From: Gnetum montanum
Lineage: Eukaryota; Plantae; Gnetophyta
Assembly (NCBI GenBank): GCA_015680685.1
Contig: MNCI01001832.1
Location: 537,018 to 601,017, forward strand
Direction: 5' to 3'
Length of the DNA: 64,000 nucleotides
Shown here: positions 39,986-53,600 of the stretch, piece by piece
Position numbering within the stretch: position 1 is the first letter of the stretch
How the letters are laid out: the number at the start of each line of letters is the position of its first letter
Program-made: the position numbers and the translations under genes
The notes under the pieces: model-generated
What the model saw: the letters and a program-made list of their open reading frames with translations, nothing else
Database searches by the model: none
Told to the model about the DNA's origin: nothing

Positions 39986-41066
39986 CTGGGATCCCTAAAC
40001 AAGGGAGAGCTGCCTCTTATTTATAGAAATTGCGGCAGACTGGCGTACGCGATATCGCGGCCCTTGCGATATCGCGACTCTGATACGACAGGGTGGTGAT
40101 ATCACGGTAACTGATACGATACAACAGGGTGGTGATATCCCAACGACTGATACAACAGGGCTGTGATATCACGACTATCAGCACTATGAGCAATTCAGGT
40201 CTCATCATACCCCCATGACTGAATGAAAACTCGTCCTCGAGTTACAGTGATTACACAATGGATAAGTATGGGATTATTAAATGGAAAAAATGGGATGATG
40301 CCGCAGTGTGGGAAGAAAACAAAACAAAGACACAACACACAGAATATTTACAAAAATTTGGAACTCATGTAGTTCCTGGTGGCGATGACTTCTCCATAGG
40401 TGTCTTTCCCTTTTCATGTGCTCCAGGTCTGGGATTTGATAGCATTGAAGTACAGCCTGAAGTTTATCCTCTTGTAAGGCCTTGAGTACCTTGGCATGCA
40501 TGTAAGTTTGCACTTGTGCCATAGAGGCAACCCAGAAAGCCTTCTCTTTTTCTTCTGCCATCCTTTTACTCTCTGTCAACAGTTTATTAAGTTGCTCGGT
40601 TCTAAAAGTGTCCAACTAGTGCTGAGCAACCTTTGGCCCTATGTTCGGAAGGTTTAATACTTCTGAAATGGCTTGAACAGAGAAATCAATAGTCACACCA
40701 CAAATGTTGACCATGGTGCCTTCTTCTTCATTGTGCCAAAATTGATACATTTCCCCTAAGTAGCAAGCACCGCTTTCAGAGAGGGTATCTCCTGCTTCTG
40801 CCTGCCTAGACCGTATGGTAGGAGGATCTTCTTGATGACCGCTGAATGATTATTCCTCCGGTATTGCATGTTGTCCAGCAAGGCCTTGTCTTCCACCTCT
40901 CTGAGATCGTTTCGTTCCACCTTGAATAGGACCCTCCTGCTGTGCACATTTCGGAGCCATCTGCAATCACACGGGTCAAGCATTATTAAGGTTGTTTAGG
41001 AAATCAGGTTATACCTTACTGCTTGCCTTAATAGATTTACTTTATTTCCGTGTGATGTTAATTATT
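39986..41066 (-). mobile_element. Fragment of a sister Athila element (3' LTR U3, PPT, env-like ORF), bounded by single Ns
   Basis: LTR end CTCATCA at 40207, TATA, GATATC array, PPT block identical to 19401-19436. Confidence 0.9.
40277..40960 (-). pseudogene. Athila env-like (ORF2) accessory protein, 227 codons, two premature stops
   Basis: MAPK...EMYQFW...MVNICGVTIDFSVQAISEVLNLPNIG..., coiled-coil-like middle, hydrophobic C-terminus IFVNILCVVSLFCFL. Stops TAA (40850-40852) and TAG (40616-40618); ATG follows a TGCAG acceptor. Confidence 0.75.
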
Positions 41067-44000
41067 NTGTTTGACCAATCAAGCACCTAGGGAGATCCAA
41101 TTGAGGATTTCTAATGTAGGTTTGCTTAATCTGTTCATGGCTCCTAGCCCAACCATTCCTACCCTTGAGATGGTGAATGTTATTAACTCCTTTAACAAAG
41201 GAATGTAGACATTCACCACCCAGGTTCATGGTGTGCCTATCACATTGGCCATTAATGAATCTACCTTCAGTGACATTTTTGGCATTCCTTGTGAGGAGAT
41301 GAATGTTTTCACCAAACTAGGGAAAGAGGTAGGCCACTATTAGGAGGTGTAAGAATGGCTAAACATTTGTCATGGACACTCTAGATTGAGTGTAAATGAC
41401 TACCAAGTTGTAGAGGTGAACAAGATGTATGCATTATTCCATTCCTAGGCTTTCCCAAAGTTGCTATCATAGAAGAGGATCCTAGGCATTGAACAAGGAT
41501 GGACCATGAAAACGATCCTCATCAAGGGTACTCAAATCAATTGGGTTGCTCACTTGATTTCCAGGCTACGAGGGGAGATCCTAAAATTGAGGGACAACCT
41601 TGGTATGATATGCCACATGGATTTGGCATTTTTTAGCATATCTAAGGTAGTTTGTGGAGTTCTTGGTGGTGAAGAAGGATGGACAGTGGGTAAGTCAAGA
41701 TCCATCCCAACTTTGGGTGAAACATGTTTTTCCAACCATGCAAGCTCAAAAACTAGTAGTGGTATGCATTTTTCTTCCCCAAATAGCATTGGGGTGGAAT
41801 CCCAAGTTGCTTCTAGAAATGTTCAAAAGGCTAAGGAGTTATGTGTTGAATCTAATGGGCTAGCTAGAGCAAAGTTAAAGATGCCTATGGTTGAGGAGAC
41901 ATCACCAGTTGTTGAGCAACCCTTGAAGAGAAGGCTTGTGGTTAGAATTGGCTAGGTGTAGCATGTGGTTGTAGGTATGTTTTATTTGAATTTTTAAAAG
42001 TTATTTTGCATTTATGTTTTATGTTATATGGTCATGTTGTCATTTTGTATTAGGAAAAACATGCTAACTTGTTCTATGTTTCGTTTTCCTTGTTCTTATA
42101 GGTAGAAAACAAGAAATGGCAGCATAAGTAGCAGAGGCAAAGGCAAAATAGAAGTGTCTAGAGGAGGAGGCTCTATAATGGCATGTGGATGAGGGGATAT
42201 CCAATGCCATAGTGGATGACCTTGATGCCATATTTGAAGGTTTACAACTAGGTAAACCTTCCATTATCATCCTGGATGAGCTTACAGGTACTTGTGAATT
42301 TTGTTTTAGATGTTGCATTTTATAGTTTCATGTTTGAACTTGGTTTTAATTGTTAACCTATGGTCATGCTTATTATAGCTCTTGAACCTCAACTAGGTGC
42401 TTAAACCTCTACATTTTTCATGAAACCATTGGTGGAGGTTCTTGACAAAATGGATTTTATGCATGGGATGATTGAATACATGATTGATCAGTTGCAACAG
42501 ATTGCTCCTAATGTTGATAAAACTTTTTGCTTATTTTTATTCTAATTATTTTTATTATTTATGTGTTTTTATTTCATATAGGTTGTATGGTTATATGGTA
42601 CTAGTATTTTGAAGTATTTTTTGGTTATTTTGTAATTTTTCTATGTGTTTATGTTGGTTATGTTGCTTGTAGTGTTAAAGGTTGGATGGGATTTCGACTA
42701 TGCCATTGAGATCGATGAACTTCCTAGCCTACCACTTAAAGTGAAAAATTTTCCACGAATGTTATATGAAAGTGCCACAAAATGTGCACTCTGATATGCT
42801 AGAACCTCATGGAGATGCCAATGTTCCAATGAGTTTCTATGAAAATGATTTATAGTGTTGGAATGGGAAAATAAGAAACAGGCTGAGGAGGTTAGAGATC
42901 TCAAGAATTGTAAGGAGTTTGTGGAAGTCCAAGTGACTAACATGGAATTCTTGTGAACCAAAGAGATTGAATGAATGTAGTATTGGAACACCATCCATGA
43001 CAAGGTTTCCTTTGCTAGGAGCCTTTCAGAGCAAAAGCTACATATGGACTTAATGACTTGCAAAGCTAGGGAATGGAGGGACTATTGTTCTTGGGTCCTT
43101 GAGTTGGGTTAGGCACAAAAGGATCTCAAAAATAAGTACAAGATTGAACAAGAGAACTACCTCAAGTGGCTACAAGATGAGTTAGTCAAGTATCACAAGT
43201 TAGAGCTATTCATGAAGGGAATCAATGCTGAAGACACCTTTAAACTATTTGAAAGCTCTCTTGTGGTGGCTAATTTTGCAACTCCTTAGGTCACTACTAC
43301 ATTCAGGGAGGTGAATGCCACTACATTTTCATGAGAGCCATTCACATGGGCTAATATTGATAAGAGCAACATCTTAACTAATTTTAATCTTGGGAAAGTG
43401 GATTGGGTCCACATGATTGAAGACCAAATTCTCCATCATCTAGAGGTTGGCCTTTAGGCTAATTTGGTTTGTGATTTGATTATGTTGATTGTTTATTAGA
43501 CCTTTGTTGTTATGATTAGTACAGGTACCAGGTGATGATAGTGGCCCCAGTGATGGTCATGTTGGAGATGCTCCTCCACCCCCTCCAGTTGCACCTTAAT
43601 TCTATTAGTTGGATCATGTCTTTGATTATTTGTATTATTGATGATGTTGTGGCTTCTTCTAGCCATTGTTTATTTGTAAGATGGTTATTATTATTATTAT
43701 TATGTTATTATTACATAGTGTAGCTATGGTTGTTGGACTTCTATTTATTTTTTATGTTGTTGTTAATTAAACTCTTGTCACACTGTTTGACTATAGCTGT
43801 TGGTTATGGATGTTTAGGCTATCATATTTATTTATTATTATTTTTTAATTTAATTTTTAATGATAAATTCTAGCATTTTTAGTTTTATGCATCTTATGTA
43901 TTTTATGTTTTGTTCATGTTATGAGGCTACATTGGGCTAGATTGGTTAAATCTTGTGATTGTCAAGAAATACTTGGGAAAGTAAAAATGCTAGTTAATTA

Positions 44001-44499
44001 AGCTAACAAAAATGTACACTAAGGCATAATGGCTATAGAAATAAATAGGTCATAAATTTGTTGCTAATTTTAGACCATGGTGGATCATTATTTTGCTAGT
44101 TTTAAGACATGGCAAGCCATCATTTTGCTAGTTTTAGGCCTTAGTGGGTTGATGCATTGAAAGAAAAATTTTTGTAAGTTTTATGTTCTAAAATTTTTAT
44201 AGATTTTTTAAGTTTAAAAAATTTTATGACATTTTTTATGTTTTAGAAAAGACAACGCATAAAAAGGTAAGCTATAAATAAGAATAAAACATAGGCTATG
44301 CATAAAATAAATCTAAAACAAAGTAAAATAAAATAATGTCAAAATGATACATGTAAACAAAGGCTAAACTTAGGCTAAGAAAAAAAAGAGAAGGCTACAT
44401 AGTTAGGGGCATAAGGGTAAATGAATAGGAAACATAGATCAACCATGCAAGTGTTTTCTAATCATTGAAATATTAGGAAAGGTTTAGGATCTACATTAC

Positions 44500-47400
44500 A
44501 TGATCTTGTATTCCCCATTTTCCTCGCTAACCACATTGAAGGGGAGCTCTTCCCATGGTGCATTCATGGTTCCATTGCTATCAGTTTTGGCCTTCCACTT
44601 TACCAAGCTTTTGGACTTCATCATTGATAGTAGGAGTTTTTTCTTAAAACTCCACTTCAGATGCCTATTCTAAGTCAACGTTGTTGATCACCAAGGAAAC
44701 TACACTATCACCATGGATAATTATTTTATCTCCCTCATAAGGCAAGTGAATTTCTTGGTGGATGGGTGAGGAAATAGCTTGTAATTGAGCTAGCCAAGGC
44801 CTCCTTAAGATGAGAGTGAAACTTGGTGTCTCTTCCACCATTAAGAAATTGGTTGTTGTGGGGAATTTTTTCCATGCTAGAAGTCCAAAGAGATTGAGCC
44901 TTTAACTACAACTTGAGATTCATTAAAGGATTTGAGCGCAGAAGTTGAGGTATGTTGCATGGGTTTTGCTAGGTCCAAACGTTCAACAATGGTATAGGGT
45001 ATAATGTTAGTGGCCATCCCATAGTTCATGTGCATCCTATGTATCTTGTATTACCCTACTCTTATTATTATGAAAATAGGGGCCTTGGTTGTCTCACCAT
45101 CTTGGGAATTGGTCTTGACATTGTTGTTAAGAAATACTAGTGCCATTGACTTTGTTTCTTCCCTTTGTGAAGGTGGTACCATAACCATGTGAATGGAATC
45201 TTCACTAGTGGGGATTTCCTCATTGATAGGAATAGAAGTTAACATTTTCACTAGGGCCTCATGGTGAGTGGAAGAAGTCATTACTAGGTCATACAAGCTT
45301 AAGAAGATGTTCTATTATTTTAAGGACTATTTGACCTATTCCATAGCATTAAGAAAGTCCTTGTCATTGGTTGTTGGATTGTTGTTCTTGTTGGTCTTAA
45401 CTTCCTCATTGTGACCTAGGATGTGAACTTCATGTTTTAATGATTATGGCTTGGCATCTTTCCCCTTCCCTTGTGGCTTGGGATCCTTCCTTGGTTGACT
45501 GGTTGAAGTAACTTGAGCGTTAGAGCTCATGGGAATGGATGAAATAGGAGTGGGCTTTGGTGGGTCCACCTTCCTTCATGCTTTGGTGTACTTGTTGTCT
45601 TTGTTTTTGTACTTCAACATGGACTTCTTACATTTTTTTAGTTGGTGATTTCCTATGGTTGGTCTATGAAGAAGTAGTTGCATTAGCCACCAAGGCGGTT
45701 GGTAGTTGTTGCAGTTTTGGTTGTAGTGGGAGGGGGAACTCTAAGTAAAAAATGTTCCTTGGGAGGTGTAGGTGATGATATCCTTATAACAAAAGGAGGT
45801 CTTGAACTAAATTAAGTTAAAGGATTCCTTTCATTGTGAGGAGGTACCTGAATCATGAAAAACTCCCATATAGGTCTAGAGTTGTTGCTCATGTTGAATG
45901 TTGCTATTGTGTATGGATTGTTGTTGGAATTAAACAAGTCCTTATAGACCTTCATGGCTTGGTTCTATGGCCTAACCAGGTTAGAGGCATCAAGCACAAG
46001 CTCATAATTATCTATCATCATTTACAAGTCATCTTTTAGGGCTAGGTAGATTAGTATTATGACTTGACAGTTGATGGAAGTGGCAAAATTATTCAAGTTT
46101 AAAGTACTTAGGCATGGGTGGATCATTCTTGGTTGCTAGAGTGGGGTTCTTTGTGATCTCACATAATTGATCATGCCTCTTATGGGCATTCTCTATCATT
46201 TTTTATATTAAATCCTTCCACTCTTTAGCAATTTGTCAAGGAGTTTGGATGGATTTAGGGGCAACCTAGTATGCTTTAATTGATCTTTTCTCTTGAAGTT
46301 ACACCTCATGTTGCTCGATGTAAAGGCCTTGAATGTTGATGATTAATTTTTGGTTGTAGGGGCCTTGGGTTGGTTCATTTGTAAGCCTTGAGTTGTTTTT
46401 TTTTCTTTGGCCACAATGGCTGTGACTACATTGTTTTTCCTCCCCTTATTCTTATTGTTTTGAATGTGTTGGACCTTATACATTAAGTAGGTAGGGTCAT
46501 GGCTAGCCTTGATAGTGTTCTCTATGTTCTTAGTTTGGGAGAAGGCTTGACTAAGTGACCACAAGTCTAGGTAATAGAGCTTATACTCAATGAAGTCATT
46601 AATTTCCCACTTAAATATGGTGAGAAGATGTGTCTCAGCTATGGTTCAAGGAATCTCATTAAGGAGAGTATTCCATCATTGTATGAAATTTTGCATAGGT
46701 TCAAGGAGCCCCTACTTAACCTTTAGTAGTTCGTCAAGAGTCATATTAGGTTTCAAGTTATACTCAAAATAGTTAATGCACTGTGATATCAAGTCCTCTA
46801 ATGAGGTAATTGATCCTCTTAGTAACTCATGGTACCACTATAAGGCTTTTCCAATAAGAGACATAGGAAAAATCCTCATTATGGTGTGAGGCCAGGCTTG
46901 TAACAATAGGCACTTAGAGTAGAAACTGATAAGGTGAGCATTAGGATCACCCTCATCATTGTATTTAGTAAAATATGGTATGGAGATTCCTAAGGAAAGA
47001 GTTGTTCATGGGACATAAGGACTGATAGGATCATTTTGATAGAAATATATTATTTTAACTATCTGAGTTGTCAAAGCTTTAAGATTATGTAACTCTTCTA
47101 TAAGGTCTTGGATTGTTTGAAAGGCTTGATCCAACCCTTAAGGCATCCCCATAGGTTGTGGTGTTTGGATGAATGGTTGTGATATAAGTTGAGAGGCTTG
47201 GAGCCTTACAATGGGTTGTGGCATGGAGGGAGAGGTTGGGTAATCATTGTTGTAGGAGGGCTGAATAATGGAAAGGAGGCTTGTACTAGTACTTGTGAGA
47301 CAAAGGACATGAATGGTTGTGTGAAACTTGGGTCACTTAGGCTCCTACTATAGGGCTTGCTAGCATAGAAAATAGATGAGTAGTGGTCAAGACCATAAGT

Positions 47401-47600
47401 GATGGCTATGTAGACCAAGGCTATGTGGCAAAAGGAATAAAAGAGAGTAGTGTTGTTGATTGGGATATAGATTGTACCTGGTGTACTACGATGATGGCTG
47501 TTGGCCCAAACATGGTAGGGAATAAGGAAGAAGAGGGCTAAGGGATCTACGCCATGGAGGAGGTAGGAGAGGATAATGTGGATGTAATGGCTTAAAGAGT
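44500..47600 (-). pseudogene. Ogre/Tat gag-protease pseudogene
   Basis: Gag IPYFTKYNDEGDPNAHLISF (~46920-46990); protease tail FLMVEETPSFTLILRRPWLAQLQAISSPIHQEIHLP (~44740-44850); no RT downstream. Confidence 0.8.
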
Positions 47601-50600
47601 TGATTGTTGCAAGAAGTTTCCTAGAAAATTGTTAGGTTCAAGTTTAGCCTTGAATGCATCCTATTCTTCATGTTGGCCCTCTAAGCTTAACTCTTTGTCT
47701 TGCTCATCCATCTCAATTAAATGAGATAGGATGCATGCATGTGTATTTTTTAAAGGTATATTATCATATAGGGAAGGAATGTACTACTTCTTATTATGAT
47801 GGATCAATTCGTATTCACGTTTGGATTCAGCCTCCACGCTTGGAATGAGTGAGCCTACCTAGATTTTAACATAGATGAAATTATAATAATTATCATCAAG
47901 TATAGTAAAATTTTGGCATTGTCCCCTTATTCCAAGTGATTGCCTACACTTAGCCACAATAGGATATTTTGGGTCATAAACCCTCATTTCATTTTGGCTT
48001 GATGCCATGTTTGTTAAGTTAATTGGCAAAACTATGGACTGGCTGAAAGACATTGTTGATAATTTTGATCTTGGTTTAAAAATTATTAATTAATTAAATA
48101 AAAATTTCAACAAGTGAAATTTCCCAAGGTATAAAGGGTAATAGCTAGAAATTAATTGGAACTATAACTGTAGGTATAGTGCAAGTTGTAGTGGCAGTGG
48201 CATGCACTACACTTAGGAAAATGAGTGTTGATGTTGGAAAAATTGACTAGATTAGCTTTGCTAGCAAGAGCTATGCTAGAGGGGGAGGGGGAGGTAAGTA
48301 ATCAATGATCGTTACCAAAAAAACAAGGTTGAGGATACCCCCTCTCAAAAAAGTAGGCTATTTTAAAAAGATAAATGCAAAATGTTGATTTTTCTAGAAG
48401 CCATGTTAGCATTTTAGGTGAAACAAAGCTAGCTTTGGCCACAAAATTTCATAGCAGGGGGTTTAGGTGGTTGAAGCTAAGCTACATGGACCTTTGAAAC
48501 ACAAAATGCCAAGTTTTAGCTAGGAAGAATGGTAGGTTTTGTTAGCAACCATGCTAGCTTTAGAAAATCTAGCAACTTTTGTGAAAATCTTGTGAAAACC
48601 CAAATCATTTACAATTAATACTATAGGTATTAGTTGCAGAAAAATGTGTAGCAACATTGGTTTTTTTTTTGGTAGATATTTTGCTATAAATTTTAAGATT
48701 TTAGACATGTAAAAAAAAAGAAAATTTGTTTCAGATGGGGCAAAGAAAGATTTGGTGAAGAGCTTGGGTGGAGGTTCAAGCTCTTCTTCTAGTTCTAGAA
48801 AACTGTAACATTTGAAAAATTTGATCATCGGAGAAAAACTAAAAATTTCAGGTAGAACAATTTTGACCTTAGATCTCAAGAGCCTCTAAGAAATAGGATC
48901 CAAGATGCATTGGATAGTCTTGTTGATTACCCTGTGACTTAAGGAGTGTTAATGAGATAAACAATTTAAACAAAAATGCAAATTTAGACAAAATGAAGCA
49001 TAGAAATTAATCATGAAATAAACTTGCAACACAAATGAACTATAAACTTTATTAAAAAAATAAATATACCTCAAAGTAGAGTTTAGTTGTGTACAAATTT
49101 TATGCTTGAATGCACAAGGAGTTGCTTTGATGAAGCTTGATTCCTATTTAAGCTAGTAGGTTGTGATCTATAGTTAGCTTCATGGTCTAGGTACTTTACA
49201 ACTTCAATCACCAAAACTGCTTTGGGGGGGGGNNNNNNNNNNCAACTCAGATTTATAGTGTTGGTGATAAGGGAGGTAAGGGTGTTTAGCTTTCTAGAAT
49301 TTTGGCACTACGCTGAGAGTCTCAAATGCCTAGTTTGTTACCAGATTTCTCTAAAAAGCTTTACAAAATGCTAATGGTCTCAAGTGGTCAAGGTTGCAAA
49401 GGTTGTCTAGTTGAACAAGTCTAGAACCTATCCCAAGCATTTGAAATTTTTTCTTATAGGTCTCATGGTTGTTGGTTTTGATGCTACAAATTTCTACCAT
49501 GATTACTAACATATTGGTATAATTTGTAGGTGTGGCAGGTCATAATTTCCAATGTAATTTTCCATTTTTGAGAAGTTTTGATGCACTCAGGTCATTAAAA
49601 CCACTCTAGGTATCAAACATATTAAATATACTTTTCCAACTACACTAGCTTCATCCATCTATATTGGCCTTTATGGAAACTATGATCCATGTTGAAATTG
49701 GTGGAGCAACATTGACCTAGCTGAAATAATGAAACCCCAACCACTCCAATGCTAGCTTCATGAGAAAATAGAAACTTCCACAACCTCAATGCTAGCTTTG
49801 TGGCATCCATGCTAAAGGTCATGGGAACTACATTGGCCATTTCTACAAAAGTGAAAATCCAACAATCCCAACATTGGGTGTAGGTGGTTCTAGTGTAGTT
49901 GAGGTTATGGACCATGTAAAACCTATGAAAAAGCCAAATATGGCACTTCCCAAGGTATTTTTAGCCTTTCCAAGCCCAAATATAGACATGAAATGACTTT
50001 GTCCACTTAGGAAATGAGGCTACAACTTATGAGGCATTTTTAAGTCCCAAAAGTTTAAGTATGTAAGATTGCAACTCATGGGCTACCAACCTCACAATTT
50101 TACAATGAAATTCTAGACTCAAGTGTAGGGGTGAAGGTTACAATGCTAGAAAGATTACAAAATGCATTTTCTTGATGGTGTTTCAATACTTTAGCTTATC
50201 ATAGGCTAGATGACAAGTTGGCCTTTAGAAGAAAGTAGTCTCCTTCCTTAATGATTAAGTTAAGGGAAGTTCTAGTAGAAATTCTCAATAAATCCATATC
50301 AATAATCAACTAAGTTGAAGAAGTTATGAACCTTTGCTATGGATTAAGAAAATGACTAATAACACACCCTACTATCTTGATTGAATCTACAACAATGCTA
50401 GTCCTTAAAATAAAACTAGATCTTTAATTGTTAAAATATATAATTGGATGATTGCTCATACAATCAATATTGTCACAGGGTCTATAAAATCACCCCATAA
50501 ATGCAATGTACAATAAAATAATGCCAAATAACACTATCTATGAATGGTAGAATAAAGCTATGTAGGATCTATACCTCCTCTAGAGCATTCATCAAAATAC

Positions 50601-53600
50601 TTTGGAAGTTATTAAGTCTAATCAAAGTAGTCTAAAATGAATCTAAATCTCCACTATTCCTCCATTTACTATCTGTAGCCTCAAAAGCTTCTACTAGTAG
50701 TCTAGACTAGTACTAAGCTATGATAAGTAATCCACATCCAATATAATACCATATTTACTAAGATCCATCTCAATAAATTCATTAATCCATTATCTATCTA
50801 GTAACTCTACTAGTACCCCTATGTAGACCTAATTCACTTGGACATCATGGCCTTCAACAAGATGCACTAACAACCATAGATACTAATCATAACATGGAAG
50901 GACTAGTTAGGCCATAATGCTATGTATAGTATTAAACAACTAGAACCAACATTAAATAAAGTCAACACATGAAAGTCTAGGATCATACCTCCTATCCCTA
51001 TAATTACATTAGATAATACATCTAATGACTAGATGATTAGGATAAGTGTATGGTCCTCAATCCTTTGTTTAGCTCTATCATCATAGCTAGTAGGTATTTT
51101 CTACTCACTAGCTATTTAACATTCCTATCCATAACTTATAATAGCATCACTAGCTAGGTTTAGATACCTTCTAGCTTGATGTTTGGACTATCTACATATA
51201 ATGTAATGTTAGAATCTTCTTCCCACATTGATGGCATATAATGGATTCATGTTGAACTATAGAGGTAACATTCATAATTAGTATCTAGCTCCCATCACCT
51301 TACTTAGGAGCCTAGAATGGTCTCCTTCTCTATGTCTATCAAGCATAAGGTTTCCTTATATCCCTCTAATCACCTTGTTCTTGATCTAGGATCTCAATTG
51401 GATTACCATTTCCACTATCTGTATGATCTTTATTATTGACTTTCATAACTTCACATACCAAAGCAAAAGTCCCATCAATAAGCTATTATTATAAGAACTA
51501 CCATAATTATAATCGAATCTTAGCTAATTAACTATTCAATAAATAGTCCATTGTAAGCTACAACTATTCCACTAGCTCTTCTCTATCACCAACACTGATG
51601 TTAGTGTTACTATTGTTACCATTGTCATTTTCTCTAATAGCTAGTTCACCTACATCACTATCACTACCATTTTCGTAACCATTCCTAATCTTCTAAATAG
51701 TGGAAGGAGATGAAATGACATATACCCTTATAAAATATGATTGTAAAAATTACATTACTTTTCTAGCAAGGTTAATCTATTCCTCAATAGGCCCTATGAC
51801 CATTTCTTGAACTTATGTAGCTACTAATGCCAGAGCCTATGAACTCAATGGTATGTAATCCCCATCAATACCATGACCTCCACCTTTATCTAATTCCTAG
51901 GAATCTACCATTGTTGATAATTGTAATAATAGAAAGTAAGTATCATAATAACATATAATGATCATAGTGACCTATTATAATACCACTCTATAATAGTTTA
52001 CACATTCAACCTAAGTCTATATTAGGCAAGGATAGTAACCTAGTTAATTCAACAATTTTTGTATGCAAAAGATAAGATTAGATCATAGACCACAATTAAT
52101 AATCCTACATAACTTTGTAAAAATGTCAAATTTGAATAACCTCATAAGCATGACACAACTACATGACTAGAATATATATAACATCATCCTCTAAGTGTCA
52201 TGCATATAAGCATTTTCATATCATAGAACTCTATATGTCTAGCACATGTCTTGATACTATATATATCATGTAATACTATACCTAAGAGTCATAGCTCATA
52301 GTTAGTTTGGAACTATAGTAACTTCAAGTACATTCATTACTTGTAGAAAAATATGTAATAGGAAATCATAAGAATTAAGAACCAAGGCCTCCATCACCTT
52401 CCTCATACCTACTAGCTCTTGCGCTTCCAACATAGTCATTTCCATATAAAGGGGTTAGTACATGATTGAGTGAAAGTCTTTACATGCTTCTTATTAATGT
52501 AAAGTGAAATGTTGTGTTAGAGGTGAAATTTGACAAAATAAGGGTAACTTGCACAAAGGTTGGTACATTTCATGCATAACAAGCAACCAACACCATCAAT
52601 CATACCTCATGCAACTAGCACTTAGCACATAATTAACTCATGCATGTCTAGAATACATTGATCACAACCATGACATCACAATGATACTATCACAAAACAG
52701 AGAATTAGCATATGCACATAACCATTGCTTTGAGAAACCACATATAACAAACATACATATTAGAACATCACATAAGGTATAATGATATATCATAATCCAA
52801 ACATATAATCTAGGCATATCATATAATATACAAAATGCATCCACAAACTCATTTAATCTATAAACACAATGTCACAATAGATGATACATCGATCACATAG
52901 AATCTCAAATAACCATATCCACATGCCAAAAATTTCAAAGCCACATTAAAAGATTTCATGGTTCAATCATTAATGCACAATGAAGAAATCCTAATATCGA
53001 TATATAATAATCTATGCATAACATAAATATCATTATACATATAATAACAACTAATGATCTATAGGTACATAATTTGTACTCAATGAAAATCATATAAGAT
53101 CCCTTGTGGTAAGCTGTAACCCCATAAGGAATCACATATCTACATATCTATGTGGTAGTTGATGCATCCACACTTTGTGTAAAGAATTAATAGGTTAAAT
53201 AAAGTATCTTGCTAATAATTTAGGATTTCTTTCAATATTGATGTATTACTTGAAGTATTAATTATTATAAATACTTTTTGATTGATATTTATGACCTTAA
53301 TATCAATGGTATTAAGCATTGTAAAAGATCCATGCATGTATATATTTCACAAGATCTCATACTAGCTATAGGCTAATCCTATGCTCTTCTACTCTTAGCA
53401 TGAGCACTTAGATAGAAGCCTTGATGATGCATCTTAGTGAGGGTTAATTAATCATCTCTAGTGTGCCTCATTACAAACTAGTCCACAACCTTATGTGGGC
53501 TCTACTAATCCATATGTACACATCACATTTATGATATAATCATAATATATACATATATTTTCATCACATTCACATCATAAGAATCAATACATAAACATCG

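Larger units (their letters stand above)
37459..43590 (+). pseudogene. Decayed multi-exon accessory gene, antisense to the Ogre gag-pro
   Basis: Candidate first exon MVCTRKRILHHDCQ|gt; T-rich GT-AG introns; main exon ...NVGLLNLF...TFTTQVHGVPITLAINESTFSDIFGIP...GTQINWVAHLISRL; later charged/coiled-coil-like exon at ~42700-43330. Exon borders are approximate. Confidence 0.6.
31831..50185 (-). mobile_element. Ogre/Tat-like Ty3/gypsy element, non-autonomous (18.4 kb)
   Basis: LTRs 31831-33221 and 48804-50185 (TGTA...TTTCA), perfect TSD ATACT (31826-31830 and 50186-50190), Ogre-type PPT CAAAGAGGGGCCAA (33222-33235 on minus); gag and PR only. PBS not recognisable. Confidence 0.88.

Noticed and set aside
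40756-40983. 75-aa ORF MLDPCDCRW...
   Set aside because: Out of frame with the env-like ORF and starts inside the candidate intron.
39886-41166. 99-bp perfect direct repeat flanking the Athila fragment (apparent giant TSD)
   Set aside because: Both junctions are single Ns (39985, 41067) and the copies are identical within old DNA. This is a contig-overlap artefact, so the fragment's placement here is uncertain.
37459-43590. Possible host gene with introns
   Set aside because: It lies between paired LTRs with a TSD and has many stops, so it is element cargo rather than a resident host gene.
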